The translations under genes were made by a program, and so were the position numbers. 64,000 nucleotides of DNA from a virus: IMG/VR virus record IMGVR_UViG_3300032282_001564, positions 1 to 64,000 of that record; one strand, given 5' to 3'. The notes beneath the pieces are model-generated. The model saw nothing but the letters and a program-made list of their open reading frames with translations. It did no database searches and was not told where the DNA came from. Position 1 is the first letter of the stretch. The number at the start of each line of letters is the position of its first letter. Positions 31,301-41,770 of this stretch are shown here, piece after piece.

Positions 31301-34300
31301 ACGTCCAATTCAAGACAGTTATCTAAAGAAACAAGGCGGAACATTACTACAACAAAGTAGTCCGCTTGTTTACGCAATGGCATTTTTAAATGATCCAGAT
31401 GCTAATTTTATTGACTCAATTAACTTAGCCAGAAAAGAATACGGAAAATTTAAAAACAAGTTCTTAAATCTTTGCGAAACTTTAACTACAATAGATTATA
31501 ACGATCCAGTTATTGGCGTTGATACTATTTTACAAAATATTAATGCCATTAAAAATAGCAGTTTCTCTTGGTACTATTCAGATATGGTACCACAAGGCAA
31601 GAATTATAATTCTGTTGTATACACAGTATTAAATGCTCGTCAGACTAATTACGAAATTAGTTCAATATTTGATTATACACAATTAAGCAATCGTGCGGTG
31701 TTAGTATATGTAAACGGAGAACAGAAAGTATTAGGCCCGGACTATACTTTTAGTTTAGTAAGTCCTGCTATTATATTCTCTACAACATTAACTATTGGTG
31801 ACACAATTGAAATTCGCGATTACTTTGATACTGACGGAAACTATATCCCTGAAACTCCAACTAAGTTAGGATTATATCCAAAGTTTGAGCCAGAGATTTA
31901 TACAGATATTACATATCAGATTCCTGTACAGGTAATTAGAGGACACGATGGTAGTATTACTCCAGCGTTTGGTGACTTTAGAGATCAGTACATATTAGAA
32001 CTTGAAAAACGTATCTATAATAACATCAAGGCTGATTATAAACAAAACATGATGGAATTATATGATATAATTCCTGGCCGATTCCGTACAACAGATTACT
32101 CGGCAATTGAATGGGCAAGACTATTATCACACAGCTTCCTACAATGGACTGGCGCAAATAATCTTGACTACTTAACCAATACTTGGTACGAACCTGACAA
32201 CCATTGGACGTGGAACTATTCACTTGGATTCAAAGATGTAGTCGATGGTTCTAACTTACGTGGATCATGGCGAGCAATTTATGAGTACTGGTTTGACACT
32301 GACACACCTAACCTAACTCCTTGGGAAATGTTAGGCTTTGGTAGTAAGCCCAGCTGGTGGGAAGACCGTTATGGTCCCGCACCATATACACAAGGCAACG
32401 CTGTTCTATGGGACGACCTTGAGGCCGGCTACATCTGGAACAATGGCAATCCTTATACAGACACACGTTTTGCCCGTCCTGGGTTAAGTAACTTTATTCC
32501 AGTTAACAATGAAGGTAACTTACTGTCACCAACAGAAATACCTTTAACAAAACAATATACAACTACCAATGCCGGTAAACCTTATTCACCAGGCGAGCGT
32601 GGCCCTGTTGAACAAGCATGGGTACGTAGCAGTGATTATCCTTTTGCAATACAAGTTGCATTGGCAGTTGCAAAGCCAGCAAAATATTTTAGTACACAAA
32701 TAGACATTAGTCGTTTTTATACAAACCCAGTAACTGGACATTTATCAACTGCGGCAAATAAAAAATTAGCACCAGGTCTAGTTGTAGTCAATGGCGATAC
32801 CACTTTGGGTACAACTAAACGAGCCAGCGGATATTTAAACTGGATCGCAGATAACATTAAACACTTTGGTATTGATCCAGTTACTACTCTTAACGGTTTC
32901 TTTAGAAACTTTAATGTACAACTAACACACAAGGTTGGTGGATTTACAGATCAAAAGTTAATTACTGTAACAGCCGAGCAAACAAGCCCTGGTACTAAAA
33001 ATGCCAGCGTATTAATTCCTAACGAAAACTATCATTTATATCTTAATAAATCAGTACCTCAGGCAATAATATCCTACAGCGGAGTTATTGTTGAACGAGT
33101 ACAAAATGGTTATAGCGTAACTGGATACGATAACAGTGATCCATTCTTTAATGTATTGCTAAGTCGTTCTAGTAACAACAAAGAAGTAATTCGTGTTAAC
33201 GCAGTTGATATTACTATCCTAAAAGATACAAATAATACAGTTATACAAATACCATACGGAACAGTCTTTACTTCCATTAATCAAGTAGTTGACTTTTTAG
33301 TTAGCTATCAACGATTCTTAGAACGCCAGGGTTTCAAATTTGATCAATGGGATCAAGATTTACAAAAACAACGAGACTTTGTTTTAAGTGCTCAAGAGTT
33401 TGCCTATTGGAGTCAGCAAGGATTTGATATTGGTAGCGTTATTGTATTATCTCCAGTATCGCAAAAAATTGAAGTAAACTCAATACAATCTATTGTTGGT
33501 AGCATTACAAACTTACCTGGTCAAGGTCGATTATTTGACCAAAACTTTAAGCCAATTAAGCCAACAGCATTTAATATAGTACGTCAGCCAGGCGATGCCG
33601 GCGAGTTTAATACAACTACAATTTCAACAGTTGACGGATCGGTTATTGCGTTTGCTAAATTAAATCTAGTACAGTTTGAACATGTGCTAATATTTGACAA
33701 CGTTGATAACTTTAACGACATTATATACCTACCACACCTAGGTAATCGCCAATTCCGTTTAGGAATCAAAGGACGAGCCACAGGTAATTGGAACGGAACA
33801 ATGAGTACCGATGGATACGTATATAACGATCCTATTATTGACTCATGGAAGCAAGGCACAGATTATAACACTGGCGATCTTGTTAAATTTAATAACGCTT
33901 ATTACACAGCAACTACAAATATTCCAGCAAGTGAAAAATTTGGTAATAACTTATGGAAGCAGATTAATCCTACTGATATACAAACAGGCCTATTACCTAG
34001 CTTAGGCACTAACGCACAGGTGTTTGAGAAAATATACGACATGGATAACCCACCAGACGCACATGACCTGCAGATGTTTAGTGCTGGTTTAATTGGATTC
34101 CGTGAACGCCCATTCTTAACGGATCTTGGATTAAGCATATCAAACCAAGCTAAATTCTATCAAGGTTATGTCAAAGAAAAAGGTACTATTAATGCTATTA
34201 ACGCATTAACCAGAGCTAAGTTTAACAACGTCAATGGCGAACTTAATACCTATGAAGAATGGGCTTTCCAAGTTGGTGCGTATGGTGATATAGATAATAA

Positions 34301-37300
34301 TAAATTTGCAGAGTTTGTACTTGATCAAAGTGTATTCACAGTAAACCCTGTGACTGTCTTATTAACAGATCATTATAAAGATGGCAACGCTATTGTTAAC
34401 CTAGCCGTTACTGGTAACACATTAACTTCTAATGTTTATAACTCTAACGATCTATTAAGCACGAGTACAAAGATGTACGATAATAGATTGCCTAACGCCA
34501 AGGTAATGACAGATTTGCCAACTGCGGGCTTTGTAAACATTAACGACATCGACGATACTATTTTTGATCTGAGCACTATTGATCAATCACAAGATACAAA
34601 CTATTCGATTGGCAATAAAATTTGGGTAGCAAAGGATTCAAATAAAAAGTGGAATGTATTCCGTGTTTGTGAAACAGGAATACTAGCTAAAAAATTAACT
34701 TATACACTTGACGATTATGTACAAGTTGATTTTGATAATCCGCACAATTTCTTAGTTGACGATTATCTAGTATTGAAAAACTTTAACAAGAAATGGGATG
34801 GTTTATATAAAATTGTAAACATACCAAATCGTGTATCTGTTACTATACAACTTAAAGATAAAACAAAATTAGGATATCTAATATCAGTTAGCCCATTTTC
34901 GGGTTCAGGATTAGTACATAAGCTATCATCCGTTGTACTAGATTCTGTCAAGGAACTACCTGATGTTCGTCCATTGTACGACTGGGACGACGGCGAACAC
35001 GTTTGGATTGAAAATTCTTCACCATTGGGCTGGGGAACATTTACTGTTAAAAGACCTTGGCTGGCAAATACAGTACAGTCAAGAACCAGTGCCACTCCTG
35101 GAGTACGTGGAAACTATGGCGCGGCAACAGCATCTAGTTTAGATAACAATTGGTTATATGTTGGCGCACCTGGTACAAGCACAGTAGAGATTTTATCTAA
35201 TGTAAATTATGTTTATAGTTCTGCTAACGTAATTAATAGTGCAGACAATAACTTTGGTTATAGCATTGCAACATCAAAGGACTTTGTTGTTATTAGTTCT
35301 CCTGATGCAGGAAATGTACGTGTATACACACACGGATCTACAACACCATTACAGGTAATTACATCAGCTAATGCCAATGGTAAGTTTGGATCAAGCGTCG
35401 ACATCAGCAATGACGGACATTGGTTATATGTGTCTGAACCTGCTACTGGTGTAGTACACGCTTATACCACAGTAGCAAACACAGCCGCTAATTTAAACTA
35501 TGTTAAAGTATCAACTAAAACTGTAAACAGTAGCATTATTAAAACCAATGCCAGCGGTACACGATTATTTGTCGGTGCACCAAACGACTTTAACGGATAC
35601 AACCAAGGCGGTAATGTTTATGTATACACTAGAACTGCTAACACAGTTTCATCTGCACAGACAATTTCTGGTGTATTTAAAAACGATAACGCAAGATTTG
35701 GTACAAGTTTAGACATTGATAAAACTGGTAATAACTTGTTTGTTGGTGTGCCTAACTCAACTATTTCTACTTACGCAAACGGATTGGTAGAACGTTGGAT
35801 ATACAACGGATCACAGTTTGTGCATCAAGCAAATATCGCACACCCTGGCAATACACCGGGCACATTTGGTAGTAGTATCAGTGTAACAGCAGATGCAAAA
35901 TTATTAGCGGTTGGTAGTGCTGGTAGCCAAGGCGAAGAAAGTACTACATTTGATAATGATGCAACACAAATTGACAAGCACACAACTAAATTCATTGATT
36001 ATATTATGAACAGTGGTGTGGTCTATATGTTTGATTCATTAATAGACTACAAAGTAGCCAATGATCCTGGTACATATATCTACGGACAAGAACTATCTGC
36101 ACAATTAACTAGCGGAGACCAATTTGGTACTAGTATAGTTGCAACTAGAGATGTTGTTGTAGTTGGCGCACCGGGCGTAACTGTTGATGAATATGTTAGT
36201 GCTGGTGAATCACACGTTTATGTAAATGCAAACAAAACGCCAATGTGGGATCGTACCAGAGAACAACAACCTGTTGTAGACATTGACAGTATTAACAGAA
36301 CTTTTGTATTTGATAAAACAAACAACAACATTCTAGCCGCACTAGATTATTTTGATCCAAACAAGGGCAAAATATTAAATTCTGTTGCTAGTGATGTTGA
36401 TTATCAACGTATTGGCGATCCAGCATTATACAACGCTGGTAGCACATCATCGGTTATTGATCTGCATTGGGGGCCAGACCAAGTTGGAAAAATTTGGTGG
36501 GACCTTGACCACATCCGATTTATTGATTATGAACAGGATGATTTATACTATAGATTGAACCACTGGGGTAAACGATTCCCGGGCAGTCAAGTACTAGTTT
36601 ACGAATGGGTTGAAAGTGATGTACCGCCAAGCAAGTACGAAGGCGATGGTACGCCATTGTACATGGACGATAGCAAATATTCTACTTATGGATTTGTTGA
36701 CCCAGCTGGCGCAATCAAATTGAAATACTATTTCTGGGTATCAGAAAAAACAACAATTAATGTCGATGCTGGAAAATCTAACAGCGCCTACAGCATTGCG
36801 GCTTCAATTGAAAATCCACAAAGTCAGGGAGTTGCATACGCAACAGTATTGCGTGATGATTGTTTAGCATTATACAATGTTAGCCAAGTATTGTCAGGTA
36901 AAAATGCAGTTCTACACATTACTAGCCGTAGCACAAACGCTGGGTTGATACACAGTGAATATGCACTGGTACAAGAAGGTAACCCTGCAAGTTTAATCCC
37001 GGGTTCTATTAAAGATAAGTTTATTGACAGTTTAGCCGGTCAGGATAAAATTGGTAATCCGGTTCCTGATCCTACACTAACACCAGCACAGGCCTATGGT
37101 ATAAACATTCGACCAAGACAAAGTATGTTTGTAAGCCATGACTTGGCATTGTCTAACTATCTTGAACTAGTTAACAATATTATGGCTACATACCAAGTAG
37201 CACGCCGAAAAGTTTTAACATTATTAAACAGCGAAGAATCTGCACCAAATATTAACACAGGCTTATACAGCCAGATTGTTAATAACGATACAGAATTGGG

Positions 37301-40300
37301 CTATATTAATACAACCAGCCTCGCTACAGGTTACAGCATCCTGGTAGTCAGTGATGAAACTCAAATGGGTAAATGGGCAATTTATACTTGGGACGGCGAT
37401 GCATGGGCAATATCTCGAGTACAGGATTATAAAACCAATTTATACTGGAACTATGCTGACTGGTACACATCAGACTATGATGTTACACGAGCCCCGGACT
37501 TAACTGTAGCAACAGCATTGGAGTTAGGAAAATATACTCTAGTGGCTGAAACTTATGTTAAAGTAACAGATGCTGGTAATGGCGATTTTGAAATTTATTA
37601 TATAGATGCCGATCTTAATAAGACTCTAGTAGGCATCCAAAACGGTACAGTTCAAATATCCACTGGCAGTATTCCTAAAATGGAATTACGTCAACTTTTA
37701 ATTGCAATGCAAGAAGAAATTTTTGTTGATGATTTAGCATTAGACTATAATAAGATTTTCTTTGCGTTAATTAAATTTGCTCTGACTGAGCAAAAAAATC
37801 CTGACTGGGTATTTAAAACCAGCTTCTTGACTGCTACACAATACCTACGTAAGTTAGAGCAATTCCCTAGCTATATTGCTGACAACCAGGATTTCTACAA
37901 AGAATATATTAACGAAGTTAAACCATATCGCACAGTACTACGTGAGTTTGTTGTAGATTATTTACGTAATGATAGCTATAGCGGTGACGTTACTGACTTT
38001 GATTTACCACCATACTGGGATTCAACATTAACTGTGTATCGTAGTCCAAGTGGCGAACAGGCATATGACACTACTTTGCTAACACAAGGCAAATACAATG
38101 CGTGGTCAGACAACTACAAATATAAGTTAATCGGAATACAAGTTAACCATGCAGGTACTGGATATACATTACCTCCGCAGATTGTTATTATTGATGAAGG
38201 CGGCCATGGAGCTGAAGCATACGCAACTCTTGATGGTAATGGCGGCGTCGGTGAAATTATAGTTACTAATCCAGGCGAAGGATTTGTTATAGCACCTAAG
38301 ATTATTATTAACGGTAGCGGAACTGGCGCAGTTGCAAGCCCAATATTACGTAATGTCTATCTAGATGACATGAGCGGTTACAACCTAGTGCGTAGTTTGT
38401 CTACTACTATCAAATTTGATAGAACTAGTTACACAAATCCAAATACCTTTGTATTTTGGGACACATTAACATCGGCAAACGTTGGACAACAAATACCAGA
38501 TGGTACAATCTTACGTACTGATGATATACTACGTAAATTAGTTATTAACAATTGGGTAGCAAATACTTCTGCTAACCTAGGTTCATTGATGTACCGCGGC
38601 GGTAACACATATACTGTCACCGGCAATGTATACCAAGCTGTGTTTAACAGTAACGTATTGTCTAACTTGGCATTAATAACAGCAAACGCTAGATCGTTAA
38701 CTGTGGACGCTAATATTACATTCCCGTATGCAAGTGTTACATCATTGACAGCCAAAGACTTTGACAATGCAAATGATCGTATTGTAGCCTTTAATGGTAA
38801 TATTGATCTTTCCAACGTAACAGATGGCATTGACTACATGGGCGTTATTGTTGATGGTAATGAATATATTCCATATGCCGAAAATGATAGCGTAATTGAA
38901 AGTCGTTATACTGACTCTTTAGGTGTTGATCCAAGTGGCATAGATATTGACGGTGGTGGTTACGTTGACGTTTACAGTAGTCATGCACCACAGGAACTAG
39001 TACCCGGTCGTATGTATGACAGTTTGAATATGTCGGTGTACACAGCCGGTGATAACCAATCGTTGGCCTATCGTATATTCAACGACATGAATCATAATAT
39101 TAACTATTATAGAATTTCATCTGATTACACTACAACATTGTCTGCTAACTTGTCATTGACTGATGAGTATATGTATGTTGACGATGCAACAAAATTACCT
39201 ACACCAGATACTGTAAGAGGTTATCCTGGCGTAGTATTTGTCAACGGTGAAAAAATTACCTACTGGAGAAACTATGCAAAAGAAACTCCAACAGCATGGG
39301 TAGCAAACCTAAGGGTTGGGATCGGCGAATTAATTTCGTACCAAAGCAATACATACATCACTACTGGAAATGTATTTGCTCGTTATTTTGCCAACATATC
39401 ATCGCATACCAATAATTCATCAAACATTGATATTTCTGGCAATGCTAATGTGCGTCTGGTAACAAACATAAACACTATAACGCGACTACGTAGAGCAGTT
39501 GAGGGCACCGGTCCAAGTAACGTTCATTTAGCTGGGTCAAGAGTTGTTGCTTCAAACTTTGAGCAGGCTGTTCCTGGTACTACAATTACAACAAAAACTA
39601 TTGCATCTGAAACATCTTATCAGACTACAGATGTTGCCAGTGTAGTGTTGGCAATGGATTTAACTAACCCTATTAGTGCTAACCTTGGCGACAATCTACA
39701 ACAACAAATTGTAGTTGATGATTGGCGTAACGGTGAATACTCTGTTGGTAGCTTTGTTTACTGGGACGGTGACACATACCAAACTACAGCAAATATATTT
39801 GTTCGTACAGTGGGATGGCAGTCTAATACAGTTTATCCTACCGGTTCATACGTAACACAAAATGGTAACACCTATGTTACTACTGGAAACGCATGGGCAC
39901 AAAACAAATCGTGGACAGCCAATACTGTATTTGCAACTAATTCCAATATCTATATTGGTTCAAACAGTTACTACACAACAACAGGTAACGTTTATGTAAG
40001 TATACCTACCTGGACCAGCAATACCGTATTTGCTACTAACACATCTATCTATCACAATGGTAATGTGTATCGAGTAACCGGCAACGTTTATGCACCAAAT
40101 GTAACCTGGGCTCCAGGATTGATTGTTCCTACTGGTAGTTACATTAACTATCAAGGTAGTACATATCAAACTATGGGCAACGTTGGTTATATTACCCGTG
40201 GCAATATAACTTATGCTAACGGAAACATTATCAGCTATGGTACAACATCATTGGCATCATGGAATAAATTGGCCTGGCGTGTAATACCAGTCGACAATAC

Positions 40301-41069
40301 TCCTGATTCAGGATTCTTTACTGCAAGTGCTAATTTAGTCAACACCGGATCTATTTTACAATTTGCAAATATTAATGCAAACGTACAATTCTTGTATCGT
40401 GGTATCAACGCCGGCTTTAACAGCATTAAGTCAAACGTTCAATACTTACCAACTGCTAATATTGCATGGCAACCAAACACTTGCTACACAGTGGGTGACT
40501 ATATTTCCTACAACAGCAATGTCTACATAATTGGTGGCAATATTTGCGGTAACAGTTTTGCTAACATTTCTGCTAACTTGGTCTATAACGGTCCTTTACA
40601 AACTCCAGACCAAAGCAAATTTGCTAGTATTGTAAACTCACACAAAGTAGTACAGGCGTTTACTGGAAATGCTATTACCAGCGTAACATTAAAAGTTATG
40701 GATACTGTAAGTAACGTATCACGTGTTCCAGTAATTATTACTGTTGGTAGTATTACTGCCCTACCGGAGATTTTTGACGGCCCATCTGGCTTTGACATTG
40801 AATCGTTTGATAACAACCCAGGTTCTCTGTACATCAACGGCAACGCCGCTTATAGCTTTGTTGAAGCCGCTGGCGTATTGGGTAACGTATCATTGTACGG
40901 AACTTCAAACGTTAGCCCGGGTACTGTTGTTAATACTGAGCGTGTTTGGTACAACCGCGGGCTTACAAGTGCAGTTGATGGCTACGGATTATACAATAGC
41001 ATAACAGCACAAGCAACATTCTTAAAAGATAAGCCAGGCTTTCTGCCTGATCCAGGAGTAACGCCATGA
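28392..41069 (+). CDS. Giant (4225 aa) baseplate wedge/virion protein with beta-propeller and Trp-led repeats
   Basis: Follows gp6-like gene; FG.S....L.VGAP propeller repeats (~35100-36200); YINEVKPYRT; G.GY..PP.I.I.G.G.GA repeats; W..NT.Y..G..V.Y.GN.Y repeats. Confidence 0.75.
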   Translation: MAKVRSINFLPQVFRSDANQRFFSSTVDQLVTDSTNRVIDGYIGRKFSPTYKLGDNYTPESTTSRKAYQLEPGVVIKDDDKNIIFSSGYADLLTTLNTNRSSTKNHQRLFAADYYNYDGRFDYDKFINYTNYYWLPDGPESVEVTAGSVPFQRTFVVTKNTAVGGYTFSDLDGHPNTQITLARGGTYQFIVDQPGSKFWIQSQLGLSGRDPNTPTVNTREVYGVQNNGSDSGVVLFSVPQKNAQDFYTQMSRDGIVDIATTIPYTKIQNRLFSDFIREYPEGIDGITSLLNRKTIVFVGNQVDSSEWTTPVFPSDDVTNTSPVTDHEIINNPTRTGIWQINLTALPNGDSVIQVNPYGPVYQQHRIYVRSGETYGSVHVWLNNLYRYNVIPVITADADYLYYQDGATGNFCGEIKLIDNASEPINIDRDIIGKKGYTSPNGVIFTNGLKIQFDSNVSPDTYYGAKFTDFQTWSKDVIALGGVVTGGIARLNGKIIGDWSNNQGWIYNNEYYVEGVGQAIKLVSTRFLQVPLHLSADIQTAGDYITINRASQDSNTWSSTNRWFHKDVLAATAKYNSQSEIDYGPNLSARRPIIEFEPNLQLWNFGRKAKTKVELFIDTATDAFVDIEGKMSYTLDGILLKPGMRIIFSRDYDQNVKNNIWEVQIETINSSNFIRLIQTADDPVLDGENIFVKLGSNADKIYRFNGTANSWNECQYKSSFNQEPMFDLVDADGYSFGDTTIYPGTTFAGTRFFGYAHGSGNNDVVLGFPLKYQNFNNIGDIVFDNYYDTQTFNYTGSTVECSSGYLYKDVGLATEAKVNNWVSGVEPTLQYQLLTTFYEGRVITDATSTEFAYVQIDTLPNKSATVSYFKVYLNNTLLTNGVDYDVTKYGVYNIILFTNDENKNIKLSVGDKIDVAIYSDTPSTNTESYYEIPNNLEYNPLNETFKTITLGQLRTHYNTLIENTAQSVASSRPIQDSYLKKQGGTLLQQSSPLVYAMAFLNDPDANFIDSINLARKEYGKFKNKFLNLCETLTTIDYNDPVIGVDTILQNINAIKNSSFSWYYSDMVPQGKNYNSVVYTVLNARQTNYEISSIFDYTQLSNRAVLVYVNGEQKVLGPDYTFSLVSPAIIFSTTLTIGDTIEIRDYFDTDGNYIPETPTKLGLYPKFEPEIYTDITYQIPVQVIRGHDGSITPAFGDFRDQYILELEKRIYNNIKADYKQNMMELYDIIPGRFRTTDYSAIEWARLLSHSFLQWTGANNLDYLTNTWYEPDNHWTWNYSLGFKDVVDGSNLRGSWRAIYEYWFDTDTPNLTPWEMLGFGSKPSWWEDRYGPAPYTQGNAVLWDDLEAGYIWNNGNPYTDTRFARPGLSNFIPVNNEGNLLSPTEIPLTKQYTTTNAGKPYSPGERGPVEQAWVRSSDYPFAIQVALAVAKPAKYFSTQIDISRFYTNPVTGHLSTAANKKLAPGLVVVNGDTTLGTTKRASGYLNWIADNIKHFGIDPVTTLNGFFRNFNVQLTHKVGGFTDQKLITVTAEQTSPGTKNASVLIPNENYHLYLNKSVPQAIISYSGVIVERVQNGYSVTGYDNSDPFFNVLLSRSSNNKEVIRVNAVDITILKDTNNTVIQIPYGTVFTSINQVVDFLVSYQRFLERQGFKFDQWDQDLQKQRDFVLSAQEFAYWSQQGFDIGSVIVLSPVSQKIEVNSIQSIVGSITNLPGQGRLFDQNFKPIKPTAFNIVRQPGDAGEFNTTTISTVDGSVIAFAKLNLVQFEHVLIFDNVDNFNDIIYLPHLGNRQFRLGIKGRATGNWNGTMSTDGYVYNDPIIDSWKQGTDYNTGDLVKFNNAYYTATTNIPASEKFGNNLWKQINPTDIQTGLLPSLGTNAQVFEKIYDMDNPPDAHDLQMFSAGLIGFRERPFLTDLGLSISNQAKFYQGYVKEKGTINAINALTRAKFNNVNGELNTYEEWAFQVGAYGDIDNNKFAEFVLDQSVFTVNPVTVLLTDHYKDGNAIVNLAVTGNTLTSNVYNSNDLLSTSTKMYDNRLPNAKVMTDLPTAGFVNINDIDDTIFDLSTIDQSQDTNYSIGNKIWVAKDSNKKWNVFRVCETGILAKKLTYTLDDYVQVDFDNPHNFLVDDYLVLKNFNKKWDGLYKIVNIPNRVSVTIQLKDKTKLGYLISVSPFSGSGLVHKLSSVVLDSVKELPDVRPLYDWDDGEHVWIENSSPLGWGTFTVKRPWLANTVQSRTSATPGVRGNYGAATASSLDNNWLYVGAPGTSTVEILSNVNYVYSSANVINSADNNFGYSIATSKDFVVISSPDAGNVRVYTHGSTTPLQVITSANANGKFGSSVDISNDGHWLYVSEPATGVVHAYTTVANTAANLNYVKVSTKTVNSSIIKTNASGTRLFVGAPNDFNGYNQGGNVYVYTRTANTVSSAQTISGVFKNDNARFGTSLDIDKTGNNLFVGVPNSTISTYANGLVERWIYNGSQFVHQANIAHPGNTPGTFGSSISVTADAKLLAVGSAGSQGEESTTFDNDATQIDKHTTKFIDYIMNSGVVYMFDSLIDYKVANDPGTYIYGQELSAQLTSGDQFGTSIVATRDVVVVGAPGVTVDEYVSAGESHVYVNANKTPMWDRTREQQPVVDIDSINRTFVFDKTNNNILAALDYFDPNKGKILNSVASDVDYQRIGDPALYNAGSTSSVIDLHWGPDQVGKIWWDLDHIRFIDYEQDDLYYRLNHWGKRFPGSQVLVYEWVESDVPPSKYEGDGTPLYMDDSKYSTYGFVDPAGAIKLKYYFWVSEKTTINVDAGKSNSAYSIAASIENPQSQGVAYATVLRDDCLALYNVSQVLSGKNAVLHITSRSTNAGLIHSEYALVQEGNPASLIPGSIKDKFIDSLAGQDKIGNPVPDPTLTPAQAYGINIRPRQSMFVSHDLALSNYLELVNNIMATYQVARRKVLTLLNSEESAPNINTGLYSQIVNNDTELGYINTTSLATGYSILVVSDETQMGKWAIYTWDGDAWAISRVQDYKTNLYWNYADWYTSDYDVTRAPDLTVATALELGKYTLVAETYVKVTDAGNGDFEIYYIDADLNKTLVGIQNGTVQISTGSIPKMELRQLLIAMQEEIFVDDLALDYNKIFFALIKFALTEQKNPDWVFKTSFLTATQYLRKLEQFPSYIADNQDFYKEYINEVKPYRTVLREFVVDYLRNDSYSGDVTDFDLPPYWDSTLTVYRSPSGEQAYDTTLLTQGKYNAWSDNYKYKLIGIQVNHAGTGYTLPPQIVIIDEGGHGAEAYATLDGNGGVGEIIVTNPGEGFVIAPKIIINGSGTGAVASPILRNVYLDDMSGYNLVRSLSTTIKFDRTSYTNPNTFVFWDTLTSANVGQQIPDGTILRTDDILRKLVINNWVANTSANLGSLMYRGGNTYTVTGNVYQAVFNSNVLSNLALITANARSLTVDANITFPYASVTSLTAKDFDNANDRIVAFNGNIDLSNVTDGIDYMGVIVDGNEYIPYAENDSVIESRYTDSLGVDPSGIDIDGGGYVDVYSSHAPQELVPGRMYDSLNMSVYTAGDNQSLAYRIFNDMNHNINYYRISSDYTTTLSANLSLTDEYMYVDDATKLPTPDTVRGYPGVVFVNGEKITYWRNYAKETPTAWVANLRVGIGELISYQSNTYITTGNVFARYFANISSHTNNSSNIDISGNANVRLVTNINTITRLRRAVEGTGPSNVHLAGSRVVASNFEQAVPGTTITTKTIASETSYQTTDVASVVLAMDLTNPISANLGDNLQQQIVVDDWRNGEYSVGSFVYWDGDTYQTTANIFVRTVGWQSNTVYPTGSYVTQNGNTYVTTGNAWAQNKSWTANTVFATNSNIYIGSNSYYTTTGNVYVSIPTWTSNTVFATNTSIYHNGNVYRVTGNVYAPNVTWAPGLIVPTGSYINYQGSTYQTMGNVGYITRGNITYANGNIISYGTTSLASWNKLAWRVIPVDNTPDSGFFTASANLVNTGSILQFANINANVQFLYRGINAGFNSIKSNVQYLPTANIAWQPNTCYTVGDYISYNSNVYIIGGNICGNSFANISANLVYNGPLQTPDQSKFASIVNSHKVVQAFTGNAITSVTLKVMDTVSNVSRVPVIITVGSITALPEIFDGPSGFDIESFDNNPGSLYINGNAAYSFVEAAGVLGNVSLYGTSNVSPGTVVNTERVWYNRGLTSAVDGYGLYNSITAQATFLKDKPGFLPDPGVTP
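39723..40200 (+). repeat. Five tandem ~31-33 aa Trp-led repeats (CBM5/12-like pattern)
   Basis: Trp codons at 39723, 39816, 39912, 40011, 40107 (spacing 93-99 nt); dispersed copies near 33846, 38553, 39297, 40467 and 43154. Confidence 0.75.
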
Positions 41070-41119
41070 TAAATACTAACAATAGACAGCCCGTCGAAGA
41101 AAATTTAGAGGAAAAAGCA

Positions 41120-41764
41120 GTGGAAAATACACAAAAACGCCCAGACGAAAGCTCTGGCATTTACGCCCGTGGGCATATTAAGATCTTTGATCCAGAAACT
41201 CAAGAAGTTTTTGTAGACAAATCAAACGCAATTCACTATGAAAACCTTAGTATTGCGTTGGCCAGTTCCATTGCTAATAAAAGTCAAAACTTTATCTATG
41301 AAATGAATTTTGGTAACGGTGGTACTAGTGTAGATACTACTGGTATTATTACCTATTTGCCAACTAACACAACTGGACAAAAGAGTAACTTATACAATCC
41401 TACTTACAGTAAAGTAGTTGACGATACTGCCATTACAAATTTAAATCCTCTAAATAACAAAATGACAGTAACACACATTCCTGGTACTGTTTATACTGAT
41501 ATTCTAGTTAGTTGCTTATTAGACTACGGTGAGCCAAGTGGTCAAGCACTTTTTGATAACAGTCAAAATTTATCAAGTGAATATGTATTTGATGAACTAG
41601 GCTTACGTGGTCGTAGTACTGATGGTACAAGTGGACTAACATCAACAGGCCTGTTACTAACACACGTGGTATTCCACCCTGTGCAAAAAGCTCTTAATCG
41701 ATTGATTCAAATTGACTATACTGTGCGTATTCAAACATTAACCAACCTAAGCTCGAACGGATAA
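41120..41764 (+). CDS. Virion structural (baseplate) protein
   Basis: GHIKIFD, NAIH, FGNGG, FDELGL, THVVFHPVQK; GTG at 41120 has GAGGA SD and lies downstream of TAAATA (41070-41075), so preferred to ATG 41066. Confidence 0.7.
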   Translation: MENTQKRPDESSGIYARGHIKIFDPETQEVFVDKSNAIHYENLSIALASSIANKSQNFIYEMNFGNGGTSVDTTGIITYLPTNTTGQKSNLYNPTYSKVVDDTAITNLNPLNNKMTVTHIPGTVYTDILVSCLLDYGEPSGQALFDNSQNLSSEYVFDELGLRGRSTDGTSGLTSTGLLLTHVVFHPVQKALNRLIQIDYTVRIQTLTNLSSNG

Positions 41765-41770
41765 TAAACT

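Noticed and set aside
39723-40200. CRISPR array or DGR template/variable repeats
   Set aside because: Repeats are degenerate, in frame and protein-level; no identical repeats with unique spacers, no adenine-specific variation, and no cas or reverse transcriptase gene in the window.
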